A stretch of DNA of 32,000 nt from Pyrodictium delaneyi (lineage in GTDB: Archaea; Thermoproteota; Thermoprotei_A; Sulfolobales; Pyrodictiaceae). Shown piece after piece: positions 8,126 to 16,656 of this stretch. The notes under the pieces were generated by a model that worked only from the letters and a program-made list of their open reading frames with translations, had not been told where the DNA came from and did no database searches. The translations under genes and the position numbers were made by a program. Numbering within the stretch: the first letter of the stretch is position 1; each line of letters begins with the position of its first letter. Location of the stretch: assembly GCF_001412615.1 (NCBI RefSeq), contig NZ_CP013011.1, positions 870,001 to 902,000 of the forward strand, written 5' to 3'.

Positions 8126-8282
8126 TCGCGCCTACAGCCATCTTATGAAGGGGGTTCGACACTCTGTATCCGAGGGCCTGTGAGGAGCCGTCCACCTTGC
8201 GGGGGACGAGCCCCCTGGGGAGGGCTGTGAGCTTTTTGGGCGCCGCCGAGGCCCCCTCCTTATACACGGGTGCCGCAGTGTT

Positions 8283-9131
8283 ATGTCTAGTTGCGCCGCT
8301 GGACTCATTGCCCTACTGCTCCCGGGCATCATTGTCTTCTCCGTGATCGCCTACGTGGTAGGGCTCCCGGCATGGTGCCCACCCGGGGCAGTACTGATAG
8401 CCGGTAGCTGGCTCGCCCTGGGCTTCGGGCTCTTCACCGCGCTAGTGCTGCTGCCGCGGCTCTGCCGGGTGAACACAAGCATCGAGGACGGCTACCTGGT
8501 CGCACGCCTGGGCCGCTGCGGGGTGCTCCGCGTCCCATTGGGCAGCGTGAAAGAGGCCCGGCTCCTAGACCGCGCCCGGCCGGTGCTCAGGCTCGCCGGC
8601 ACAGCAGTACCCGGCTGCTACTACTCTGGGCTCTTCAGGGACAGCGATCTCGGCAAGGTGAGGCTCTATAGCGAGAGGCTCGACAACCTGCTACTAGTGG
8701 TCACAGAGGACGGCGAGAGGATAGTGCTGGGCGGCGACGCCCCAAAGGCGCTCAGGGAGCTGGAGGGGAGGAACGGCGAGGGGCCCCGCGGGAGGCCGGT
8801 GCTGGAGCCCCGGAGCCGGAGATTGGCGGCCGCCGCCCTCGGGGTCTTCGCCTTCTTCACGCTGGCTGCTGTGATGCTCTATCCGCTGCTCCCCGACGTG
8901 GTCCCGGTACACTACTCCGGGGACTGGCGGCCTGACAAAGTGGGCTCTAAGACCGAGCTACTGGTGATAATAACGGTAGTATCGGCCATCGGGTTTGCCG
9001 TCACGGGGGTGCTCTACGCTTTCGCCAAGGAGGATCCCGGGCTCCCCCTCGTAGCGCTTCCCCTAGCCCTCGGCTTGGGCATGCTAATGCTGAGCACGGT
9101 TGTCCTCGGGCTCTGCACGCCGCCGGGCTAG
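8283..9131 (+). CDS. Membrane protein: N-terminal TM pair, bacterial-PH-like domain and DUF1648-like C-terminal TM module
   Basis: 282 aa.
- Hydrophobic N-terminus: LIALLLPGIIVFSVIAYVV, LIAGSWLALGFGLFTALVLL.
- Soluble middle resembling a bPH fold: IEDGYLVARLG...VRLYSERLDNLLLVVTEDGERIVL.
- C-terminal PDVVPVHYSGDWRPDKVGSK matches the DUF1648 signature and is followed by TM helices. Confidence 0.7.
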   Translation: MSSCAAGLIALLLPGIIVFSVIAYVVGLPAWCPPGAVLIAGSWLALGFGLFTALVLLPRLCRVNTSIEDGYLVARLGRCGVLRVPLGSVKEARLLDRARPVLRLAGTAVPGCYYSGLFRDSDLGKVRLYSERLDNLLLVVTEDGERIVLGGDAPKALRELEGRNGEGPRGRPVLEPRSRRLAAAALGVFAFFTLAAVMLYPLLPDVVPVHYSGDWRPDKVGSKTELLVIITVVSAIGFAVTGVLYAFAKEDPGLPLVALPLALGLGMLMLSTVVLGLCTPPG

Positions 9132-9778
9132 CCCTCTACCTCTACGCCTAGCACTTTCTCGACCTCCTCCCGGGTTATCGGCCCCCTCCGCAGTATCCTG
9201 GGCGGCCGGGTCGTGAGGTCTACTACTGTGGAGGGTGTGCCACCGGGTGCTGGACCAGCGTCGAGAACTATATCGACACGATCGCCGAGCTGTTCCAGGG
9301 CCTCCTCCGCGGTCCTCGGGCTGGGGCGGCCGTGGAGGTTAGCGCTCGTGCCGACGAGTGCGCCGCCGGAGGCGCGTATCAGCTCCAGCGCCACGGGGTG
9401 CGCGGGCATCCGTACCCCGACTTTCCCGGTGCCGCCGTGGAGCTCCTCTGGCAGCTGGGGCCGGGCCTCCAGGACTATGGTAAGGGCTCCGGGCCAGAAC
9501 CTGTCCATGAGCCTCCTGGCCTCCGGTGTGACCCTGGCGAGCCTCTCTGCGGCCTCGGAGCCCGAGACTAGGACGGGTAGCGGCCGGCCGAGAGGCCTCT
9601 CCTTGGCCCGGTAGACCCGTAGCACGGCCTCGCGGCTAAGGGGGTCGGCGCCGAGCCCGTAGACAGTATCGGTAGGGTAGACTACTAGCCCGCCTCCTCT
9701 TACGGCGCGGGCTGCCTCCTCTATCGCCCGGGGGTCTGGCTGCTCGGGGTCTACCCTGATAACCCTGGGTCTCGCCAC
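9128..9778 (-). CDS. L-threonylcarbamoyladenylate synthase, short YrdC/TsaC-type (no Sua5 C-terminal domain)
   Basis: 216 aa with YrdC-domain motifs VVYPTDTVYGLGADP, WPGALT, VGVRMPAHP, GTSANLHGRPSP and PSTVVDLT. Confidence 0.9.
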   Translation of the reverse strand: MARPRVIRVDPEQPDPRAIEEAARAVRGGGLVVYPTDTVYGLGADPLSREAVLRVYRAKERPLGRPLPVLVSGSEAAERLARVTPEARRLMDRFWPGALTIVLEARPQLPEELHGGTGKVGVRMPAHPVALELIRASGGALVGTSANLHGRPSPRTAEEALEQLGDRVDIVLDAGPAPGGTPSTVVDLTTRPPRILRRGPITREEVEKVLGVEVEG

Positions 9779-9809
9779 TAGAGGCTCCCCGTGTAGGGGG
9801 AGAAGGAGG

Positions 9810-10217
9810 GTGATAGAACTTCTATTCGTATACGGCTCGCTCCGCCGCCGTGGCAGCGCCCACGAGCTGATGAAGGGGGCCCGGTTCCAGGGCTCAGCGC
9901 TGCTCCGGGGCTACACGCTGGCTGTGCTGGAGGGCTATCCAGCCGCCCTACCGTGCCGCCCCGAGGCGGACTGTGCTGTGGAGGGCGAGCTCTACACGGT
10001 GCCCTATTGGCTCCTTCCTGGCCTAGACCGGTACGAGGGCCCCTTGTACGAGAGGAGGCTGCTCCCCGTGGAGCATGGCGGGAGGGAGATTCGTGCCTGG
10101 GTCTACGTTGCCCGCGGCAGCGCCGCGGCCTGGGGCCCGCTGCTAGCCCGGTGGAGAAGCAGGAGGAGAGGGGATCCAAAGACCAAAGAAGGGGGATGGG
10201 GCTACTCGCGGCGATAA
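9810..10217 (+). CDS. Gamma-glutamylcyclotransferase / AIG2-like family protein
   Basis: 135 aa with a GTG start preceded by GGAGG. LFVYGSLRRRG, VEGELY and LDRYEG are the GGACT/AIG2 fold signature. Confidence 0.8.
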   Translation: MIELLFVYGSLRRRGSAHELMKGARFQGSALLRGYTLAVLEGYPAALPCRPEADCAVEGELYTVPYWLLPGLDRYEGPLYERRLLPVEHGGREIRAWVYVARGSAAAWGPLLARWRSRRRGDPKTKEGGWGYSRR

Positions 10218-11098
10218 GGCACGCCTACGTGGCTCGGCGGCCTTACGCGGTGGAGTACGCCGGCGACCGCGGCTAGGGTGACTATGTAGGGTATCGTGTT
10301 CAGCAGCGTGTCTGGCACCACGCCCTTGACACCTGGGAGCACCTTTACCCACTCGCGGAACGTATCGAAGAACCCGAATAGCGCGGCGCCGCCGAGGGCT
10401 AGTAGAGGGTTCCAGTTGCTGAACACGACGAGGGCTAGCGAGATGAAGCCACGGCCCGCGGCTATCTCCTTGGTCACTGTGCTGAGCCAGTCAATGCTCA
10501 TGAAGGCGCCCGCGAGCCCGGCGAGCATACCACCGTAGACTACTGCGGCTGTCTGGAGCCTCTCGACCCTCACACCCACTGTGTCAGCTGCCTCCGGGTT
10601 CTCGCCCACAGCACGCAGCTTAAGGCCGAGGCTGGTACGGAATAGTACATACCAAGTCGCTATGGCTATAGCTATCGCTGCTATGGTGACGGGGCTTATA
10701 CCGGCCACGTGGGGGACGCGGGCATACTCGGGCACCTGGTGTTGGCCAGCGCTATGCCAGTAGACGATAATCATGTAGGGGACTAGGCCGTAGGCGAGCG
10801 TGTTGACACCCACACCTGGGATAATATGGTCGCCCTTGAGGTAGACCGTCAGCACAGCGTGTAACAGGCCCAGCGCGGCGCCAACCAGTATGCCAGCTGC
10901 GAGACCGACCCAGGGGCTCCCAGCAGCCTCGCCCGCCATCGCGCCGGCTAGCGCGCCGAGCATTATGATACCCTCAAGCCCTATGTTGACTATGCCGGCC
11001 CTCTCTGCTACTATCTCGCCCACAGCAGTCAAGAGTATAGGCGTCATAGCGTAGAGTACTCCCAGGGTGAAGTCCAGGACTACGCTGGCCTCAGGCAC
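10202..11098 (-). CDS. ABC transporter permease (BMP/nucleoside-type importer, second permease)
   Basis: 298 aa and polytopic. NIGLEGIMLGA-like motif (VNIGLEGIIMLGALAG). It overlaps the upstream permease gene by 8 nt. Confidence 0.85.
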   Translation of the reverse strand: MPEASVVLDFTLGVLYAMTPILLTAVGEIVAERAGIVNIGLEGIIMLGALAGAMAGEAAGSPWVGLAAGILVGAALGLLHAVLTVYLKGDHIIPGVGVNTLAYGLVPYMIIVYWHSAGQHQVPEYARVPHVAGISPVTIAAIAIAIATWYVLFRTSLGLKLRAVGENPEAADTVGVRVERLQTAAVVYGGMLAGLAGAFMSIDWLSTVTKEIAAGRGFISLALVVFSNWNPLLALGGAALFGFFDTFREWVKVLPGVKGVVPDTLLNTIPYIVTLAAVAGVLHRVRPPSHVGVPYRRE

Positions 11099-12221
11099 GG
11101 CTCCCAGCCCCCTCCATGGTACTCCCCGCCTTCTCCACGCGAGCTAGCTCGAGCCTCCTACGCCTATACTCAAGGATTAGGCGCAGTGTACCCGGCACAG
11201 CCAGGGCTATGATTATCACACCCTCGACTATACGAACCATCTCGAGCGGGACGTGGGCATAGATCTGCATGCCCTTGGCCCCGGCCTTCAGCGCACCCAC
11301 CAGGACCGAGGCGCCTATTATCCCGAGCGGGTGGTTCGCGCCGATGAGAGCCACGGTTATCCCGTCGAAGCCTAGGCCGGCTAGGTTGCTCAGCCCCGTG
11401 GTTATCGCGTAGTGTGGCGGCCTCCCCAGCACCTCCCCGGCGCCCGCGAGGCCAGCAGCCACGGCGCCGACGAGGAAGGCGAGCACCATCATCCGCTCTA
11501 CACTTATCCCGCCGTAACGGGCTGCGCGGGGGTTGAGCCCTGCTGCACGCAACTCATAGCCGTGGACCATGTGCCATAGCAGCACATAGGTGAACAACGT
11601 GAAGCCCAGGGATATGAGCAGGCTCGCCGAGAGCTCAGTGCCCCTGGCGAGCAGCGGGAGGCGGGCGCCCGGCGGCACCGAGACAGTCTTAGACGGGTCG
11701 TGGGGGTCATAGACCACGTAGACCCTCATGTACTCGGTTAGCCAGAAGGCTATCCAGTTCAACATTATCGTGGATACTACCTCGTGGACTCCCCGCCGTA
11801 CCTTCAGTAGTGCAGCAGCTAGCCCCCAGAGGGAGGCCAGAGCTACACCCGCCAGCAAAGCTGCCACTGTGCCCAGGGGGCTGTCTAGGAAGCCTAGGCC
11901 GCTACGCGCAGCATAGGCCACTAGGACGGCGCCTAGAGCGCCCATGTAGAGCTGGCCTTCGGCGCCTATGTTGAATAGGCCTGCCCGGACGCCGACCGCG
12001 AAGGTGATGCCGGTGAGCATTACAGGAGCTGCGAAGCTAAGCGTCATAGTGAGCGAGTAGGTGTCCAGGATGCTGGACTCGAGGAGGTAGCGGTACGCCT
12101 CCCAGGGATTGTAGCCGCTAAGCCACATGATAGCTGCGCCGACGAGTATACCCGCTGCAAGCGCTATAGCGGTCTCACCCAGCTTGAGCAGTGCATCCCG
12201 GACCCAGCTGGGAACATGCAT
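11091..12221 (-). CDS. ABC transporter permease (BMP/nucleoside-type importer, first permease)
   Basis: 376 aa and polytopic, with the FNIGAEGQLYMGA motif typical of this permease family. It is co-oriented with the ATPase gene. Confidence 0.85.
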   Translation of the reverse strand: MHVPSWVRDALLKLGETAIALAAGILVGAAIMWLSGYNPWEAYRYLLESSILDTYSLTMTLSFAAPVMLTGITFAVGVRAGLFNIGAEGQLYMGALGAVLVAYAARSGLGFLDSPLGTVAALLAGVALASLWGLAAALLKVRRGVHEVVSTIMLNWIAFWLTEYMRVYVVYDPHDPSKTVSVPPGARLPLLARGTELSASLLISLGFTLFTYVLLWHMVHGYELRAAGLNPRAARYGGISVERMMVLAFLVGAVAAGLAGAGEVLGRPPHYAITTGLSNLAGLGFDGITVALIGANHPLGIIGASVLVGALKAGAKGMQIYAHVPLEMVRIVEGVIIIALAVPGTLRLILEYRRRRLELARVEKAGSTMEGAGSRA

Positions 12222-12250
12222 TACCTAATCCACCCCGCTGCGTATCCATC

Positions 12251-13771
12251 TTATGCATGGGTTGTCTCGGCAGCGCCACCCATTAGGAGGCCTAGCCGCT
12301 CCTCGGTCAGCTCCTCGGGCTTCGCGACTGCAACGAATCTACCCTCGTACATAACCGCTACCCTGTCACTGAGCTGCATGACCTCGTCAGTGTCAGCAGA
12401 GACTAGTAGAACAGCCCGGCCCTCGTTACGTAGCTTGACGAGAAGCCGGCGAATATACTCGGTAGCTGCGACGTCGAGGCCCCTCGTGGGCTGGGCAGCA
12501 ACCACCACCAGCGGGTCCTTCGAGAGCTCGCGGCCTACGAGCAGCTTTTGCTGATTGCCGCCGCTGAGGTGCCTCGCCGGGCTCCGGAGGCTCGGCGCTA
12601 CCACCTCATACTCTTCGACGATCCTCTCAGCATGGCTTGCAACGCTACTCCAGTCTACGAGGCCGAGGCGGCGGAGGAACCGGCTCCACCGGTGGATGCC
12701 CAGAATACTGTTCTCGGCGACACTCATGTCTAGGACGAGGCCGGTCTTACGCCGGTCCTCCGGTATATGCGCGAGGCCCAGCCTGTAGAGCTCCGAGGGA
12801 GGCAGGTTCGTCACGTCCCGGTCCGCGAGGTATACGCGGCCGCGTTCAGCCGGGCGCAGCCCCGTTATCGCCTCGACTAGCTCCGCCTGGCCGTTCCCCT
12901 CCACCCCAGCGATGCCGAAGATCTCACCACGGCGCACCTCGAAGCTCACACCACGTACCGCCCAGCGGCCATGCTCGCCCCTAACCCAGAGATCCTCCAC
13001 CCGGAGCACCGGCTCGCCAGGCTTCGCCGGAGGCTTCTCTATCCGGAACACTACCTCGCGGCCTACCATCATCCGCGCGAGCTTCCTGGGCTCGACCTCC
13101 TCGCGGGTGAGACTACCAACCACCCTGCCCCGACGCATCACGGTGATCCGGTCAGCGATCTCCATTACCTCGCGGAGCTTGTGCGTGATAAAGACTATTG
13201 TCTTCCCGCTGTCCCGGAGCCGGCGGAGCGCGCGGAACAGCTCCTTGGTCTCAATCGGGGTAAGGTTAGTCGTAGGCTCGTCCAGGATAAGCACGTCTAC
13301 CTCGCGGAACAGCATACGGAGAATCTCGATCCTCTGCCTTACACCAAAAGGCAGCTCCTCAACCACATCGTCCAGGGGAACCTCCAGCCCGGTCTCCCGC
13401 ATCAGCTTCTCGATCCTCTCCCGGGCGCCCCGTAGCTCCCGGCCACCTAGGCCGAGGACAATGTTCTCATAGGCTGTAAACACGGGGACAAGCGATAGAT
13501 GCTGGTGAACCATCCCTATACCATGACGCAATGCGTCAGCGGCAGAGCGGAACCTGACGCGCCGCCCACGCAGGATTATCTCGCCACGAGTCGGGCGGAG
13601 GAATCCCGCCAGGATCTTCATCAGCGTAGTCTTCCCAGCACCATTCTCGCCGAGAAGCCCGTGAATCTCCCCCGGCTCAAGCCGGAGGTCAACGCCACGG
13701 AGAGCCACAGTACCATCAGGATAGACCTTAACTATACCCCGCATCTCGACAACGGGACTGCCACCGGGCAA
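12251..13771 (-). CDS. ABC transporter ATP-binding protein with duplicated ATPase domains
   Basis: 506 aa. Motifs: Walker A GENGAGKTT, Walker B LILDEPT, second domain GVEGNGQ, signature LSGGNQQK. The TTG start is at 13771, and the ATG at 13744 (MRGIVKVY) is an alternative. Confidence 0.95.
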   Translation of the reverse strand: MPGGSPVVEMRGIVKVYPDGTVALRGVDLRLEPGEIHGLLGENGAGKTTLMKILAGFLRPTRGEIILRGRRVRFRSAADALRHGIGMVHQHLSLVPVFTAYENIVLGLGGRELRGARERIEKLMRETGLEVPLDDVVEELPFGVRQRIEILRMLFREVDVLILDEPTTNLTPIETKELFRALRRLRDSGKTIVFITHKLREVMEIADRITVMRRGRVVGSLTREEVEPRKLARMMVGREVVFRIEKPPAKPGEPVLRVEDLWVRGEHGRWAVRGVSFEVRRGEIFGIAGVEGNGQAELVEAITGLRPAERGRVYLADRDVTNLPPSELYRLGLAHIPEDRRKTGLVLDMSVAENSILGIHRWSRFLRRLGLVDWSSVASHAERIVEEYEVVAPSLRSPARHLSGGNQQKLLVGRELSKDPLVVVAAQPTRGLDVAATEYIRRLLVKLRNEGRAVLLVSADTDEVMQLSDRVAVMYEGRFVAVAKPEELTEERLGLLMGGAAETTHA

Positions 13772-13910
13772 GAGACCAGCCCAGCCCCCCAGCAGCCCCG
13801 GCCACGAGACACCCCTAAAACAACACCGAGCCCCTCGGAAGAACCAAAGACCAGTAGCCCGGTAGCACCACAGACCCCTCTATGCCCAGAGTACGAGGTA
13901 GAACCAATGC

Positions 13911-14351
13911 TTAGGGCTCTTGTATGCCACTAGTCGTAGTGTTCTCCTCTAGAGCCTCTTTCAGGGCCTCAAGCACGGCTACCAGCTCCTCAGGGACAAC
14001 TGTACAGCTGCCCCAAGGATCTCCCTTCTCGGCCCATGCTTTAGCCACGGGCACGCCATTCACGTTGATCCGTACAAGCACTTTGTCTGCTGTAACAGGT
14101 GGGAGCCAGACTGTACCCCTATAAGGCCTTATAATCAGTGCTTGCGTCACGAAGTAGCCCTGGAGGGATAGTATGTGGTAGTCTACGACTAGCGTGCCAT
14201 TTGGCAACAGGGTGGTAGTTGCTGCAGGAGCTAGCCCGTAGGGAGCCTCGGTGCCTATAGGTGGCTGGTCGAGCGGGTCTATGTAGACGCCTATGGGGCC
14301 TCCGTGGTTTAGGATGAGGCATAGTCCTAGCAGGTTGCTTGTATAACGCAC
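13911..14351 (-). CDS. Hypothetical protein (orphan ORF inside the ABC operon spacer)
   Basis: 146 aa with a GTG start. I recognise no motif. Codon choice (ATA, CTA, AGG) and amino-acid composition look native rather than the Arg/Pro/Gly-rich pattern of spurious frames. Confidence 0.4.
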   Translation of the reverse strand: MRYTSNLLGLCLILNHGGPIGVYIDPLDQPPIGTEAPYGLAPAATTTLLPNGTLVVDYHILSLQGYFVTQALIIRPYRGTVWLPPVTADKVLVRINVNGVPVAKAWAEKGDPWGSCTVVPEELVAVLEALKEALEENTTTSGIQEP

Positions 14352-15157
14352 CCACTTGACCTCAACCGACGCAAGCTCCCTAATGCTGAGGAACGCTGGG
14401 TTTGTAGAGGCAGAGTATGTTAACGGGGTTGGTACCAGCCTCCTGCTTTACCCGTACCTGTACCGGCGCCCTATAGACCCCGGCATTGTAGTTGTATTAC
14501 GCGTATCCTCAGACAACAAGTGCTATTGGGCAGTAGGCTCCACGGTATGTTTACCGTTGCTTCTGCGCCGCTACAGCTCCCGCTAGCAGGTAGAGCAGCA
14601 GCTGCTACTACCAATATCGTCGCGCAGGGACACTTGACATCCCCCGCTGCCCCACAGCAAGGACACAGCTGCTGGGGTAGACGGTAGACCCATAGCCTGC
14701 ATGCACCCGGAGCCCGTAGGACAAGCCTTATTCCATCGTGAGGTGCCCCGCTCGGAGTATCAACTATTACCTCTAGCCCCTGGCCCGGTCTCGGGAAGAC
14801 TATATGGTAGCCGTGGTTCTCTAGCGCCTGGAGAGCGTGGAGAGCCGCTAGTATGCTAGCTAGAAGCAGGGCTAGGTGTGCTAGGCGGAGCAGAAGAGGA
14901 CACCTCCCAGACTACTATATGCCCGGTCTATCACAGTATATGCTTTCCATCCACATGCTTTCCGACCCACCGTTTCCGGTGGTATACACTGCTCTGGGGC
15001 TGCTTCCATGAAGCCCCTCAGGGGTACTACCGGGCCATGCAGAACGAGGCTAAGCGTCTACAGGATGCGAGAGCCCTAGAAGGGTAAGGCTGGAAGAGGG
15101 GTATGGGGAGAGCGTGAAAAATGCTGTAGAGTAGGGCTTCGGAGGCTTAGAGGGTTA

Positions 15158-16096
15158 TTAGCCTGCCTTGAGTTGTTCGCGTATCTGCTGTATCTCGTTG
15201 GCATCCATTGGTATCATCTTCTCTATGTCGCTAAACTTTAGGCCCATGACCTCTATGTCCTTGTTCTCCTTGAGGATCTCGCCTAGCTTGTAGGCCTCCT
15301 CCCAGATCCAGTCTGGTATCTGCTCCCTCATCGCCTTGACCTTCTCGTATATCTCCTGCTTCTGCTCAGGCTTGATGCTGCCGGCCTCGACTGCTATCTC
15401 TAGGAAGGTCTCTAGGTCCTCTAGCTTGCTTAGGCCTACGCCGCCCTCCTTGAGGCCTAGCTCCATTATGCCGCCGTACTTGTCTATCTTGCCCTCGTAG
15501 TAGGCTAGGGCCCTCTCAACGGCCTTGTAGACGCCTACGTCTACGCGCTTCATCATGCTGGCTAGTATGAAGCCTGGCTTAATCCAGTCCTGGTCCGCGT
15601 CAACGCCTATGGCGAATGGCGGGCCCATGTCGCGGCCCTGCTTCTTAGCAGCCTCTGCTACTGCCTCGAAGATGCCTAGGCCGGTGGCGCCGGCCACGTT
15701 GTAGACTACGCAGGCGCCCTGGCCTAGCTGGGCTTCAGTCGCAGTCTTACCGCGGGCCGGGTCGTTGAAGGCACCAGTGTAGGTGTATAGTATCCTTAGG
15801 GGCTCGACCTTCTTACCCTCGTGCTGCTCGAATATCTTCTCACCGTAGCGTATGCCCCAGTAGTAGCCTGCCTCGAACTTGTAGAGTACCGGTATCTCCA
15901 TACCCAGGACTACGCCTACTGCTTTGCAGCCGTAGTAGTGGGCCACCATGCCGGCTAGGGCGCCAGCTAGTGCGCTGCCCTCGTGCTCCTTGAAGAGCAC
16001 GCTTAGCACGTTAGGCTTGTCGGGTATGTAGCCGTCTATTATGGCGAAGAGCTGGTCAGGGTACTCGTCGGCCACCTGCTTAACCGCGTCAGTCAT
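15158..16096 (-). CDS. BMP-family ABC transporter substrate-binding protein, C-terminal fragment (frameshifted gene)
   Basis: 312 aa. MTDAVKQVADEYPDQLFAIIDG...AFNDPARGK...VGVDADQD is the core of the Bmp/PnrA-like fold. It overlaps the N-terminal fragment by 8 nt in another frame. Confidence 0.85.
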   Translation of the reverse strand: MTDAVKQVADEYPDQLFAIIDGYIPDKPNVLSVLFKEHEGSALAGALAGMVAHYYGCKAVGVVLGMEIPVLYKFEAGYYWGIRYGEKIFEQHEGKKVEPLRILYTYTGAFNDPARGKTATEAQLGQGACVVYNVAGATGLGIFEAVAEAAKKQGRDMGPPFAIGVDADQDWIKPGFILASMMKRVDVGVYKAVERALAYYEGKIDKYGGIMELGLKEGGVGLSKLEDLETFLEIAVEAGSIKPEQKQEIYEKVKAMREQIPDWIWEEAYKLGEILKENKDIEVMGLKFSDIEKMIPMDANEIQQIREQLKAG

Positions 16097-16505
16097 CAGT
16101 GAAACCTACCGCCACTATTACGGCACACTTGCCGTCCTTGGCTAGGGTGCGTAGGTTGGGGAGGTAGTCGCTCTCGCTAGTGCTCTGAACCTCCACGACC
16201 TCTAGGCCGAAGTCCTTGGAGGCCTTGCTCGCGCCGAGGTAGGCCATGTCGTTGAAGCTTAGGTCGCCACGGCCACCAACGTCGTAGACGACACAGATCT
16301 TGTTGCGCTCAAGCTTCTGCCCGGCCGGCGCAGTTGTGGTAGTTGCTGTGGCCTCCTTTGCTGGTGTTGCTGTTGTCTCCGGCGTAGTAGCGGTCTTCTC
16401 AGCCACGGGTGCAGCTTGCTCGCCGCCACGCATTAGGGTGAAAGCTGCGACACCCGCTATGATTACGAGGATTGCTACTGCTGCGAGGAGTGTTCTAGTC
16501 TCCAC
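16089..16505 (-). CDS. BMP-family substrate-binding protein, N-terminal fragment (TM anchor, Thr-rich linker, start of BMP domain)
   Basis: 138 aa. It has the TM helix LLAAVAILVIIAGVAAFTL and the linker TATTPETTATPAKEATATTTTAP. ICVVYDVGGRGDLSFND then begins the BMP domain. The frame ends VAVGFTDD*, where homologues continue GF-LMTDA. Confidence 0.8.
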   Translation of the reverse strand: METRTLLAAVAILVIIAGVAAFTLMRGGEQAAPVAEKTATTPETTATPAKEATATTTTAPAGQKLERNKICVVYDVGGRGDLSFNDMAYLGASKASKDFGLEVVEVQSTSESDYLPNLRTLAKDGKCAVIVAVGFTDD

Positions 16506-16656
16506 TCTAGCCTCACCGGGCTGTGAGAGGCTGGAAGGGATACCCTTCTATAGGCTTACCACGTTGAGCCACACCCGTACCTGTGATACCCGCTCCCGGC
16601 TACACCATCTAGCCGTCTCAGTTTGTGGTCTGGCCGGTTACAGGCATGGCTAGAGC

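Noticed and set aside
12548-13472. Plus-strand ORFs of up to 186 aa antisense to the ABC ATPase gene.
   Set aside because: The translations are low-complexity and Ser/Arg/Thr-rich, and the opposite strand encodes complete Walker and signature motifs.
14356-15087. Plus-strand ORFs 14356-14586 (76 aa) and 14878-15087 (69 aa) in the operon spacer.
   Set aside because: They carry no motifs. They compete with open minus-strand frames that show phased CTAG usage. The coding status of the region is unresolved, so I did not call them as genes and discuss the region as a finding instead.
16086-16105. Programmed +1 ribosomal frameshifting as the explanation for the split BMP gene.
   Set aside because: There is no slippery homopolymer or heptamer and no obvious downstream stimulatory structure at the junction. 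A mutation or assembly indel is the simpler explanation.
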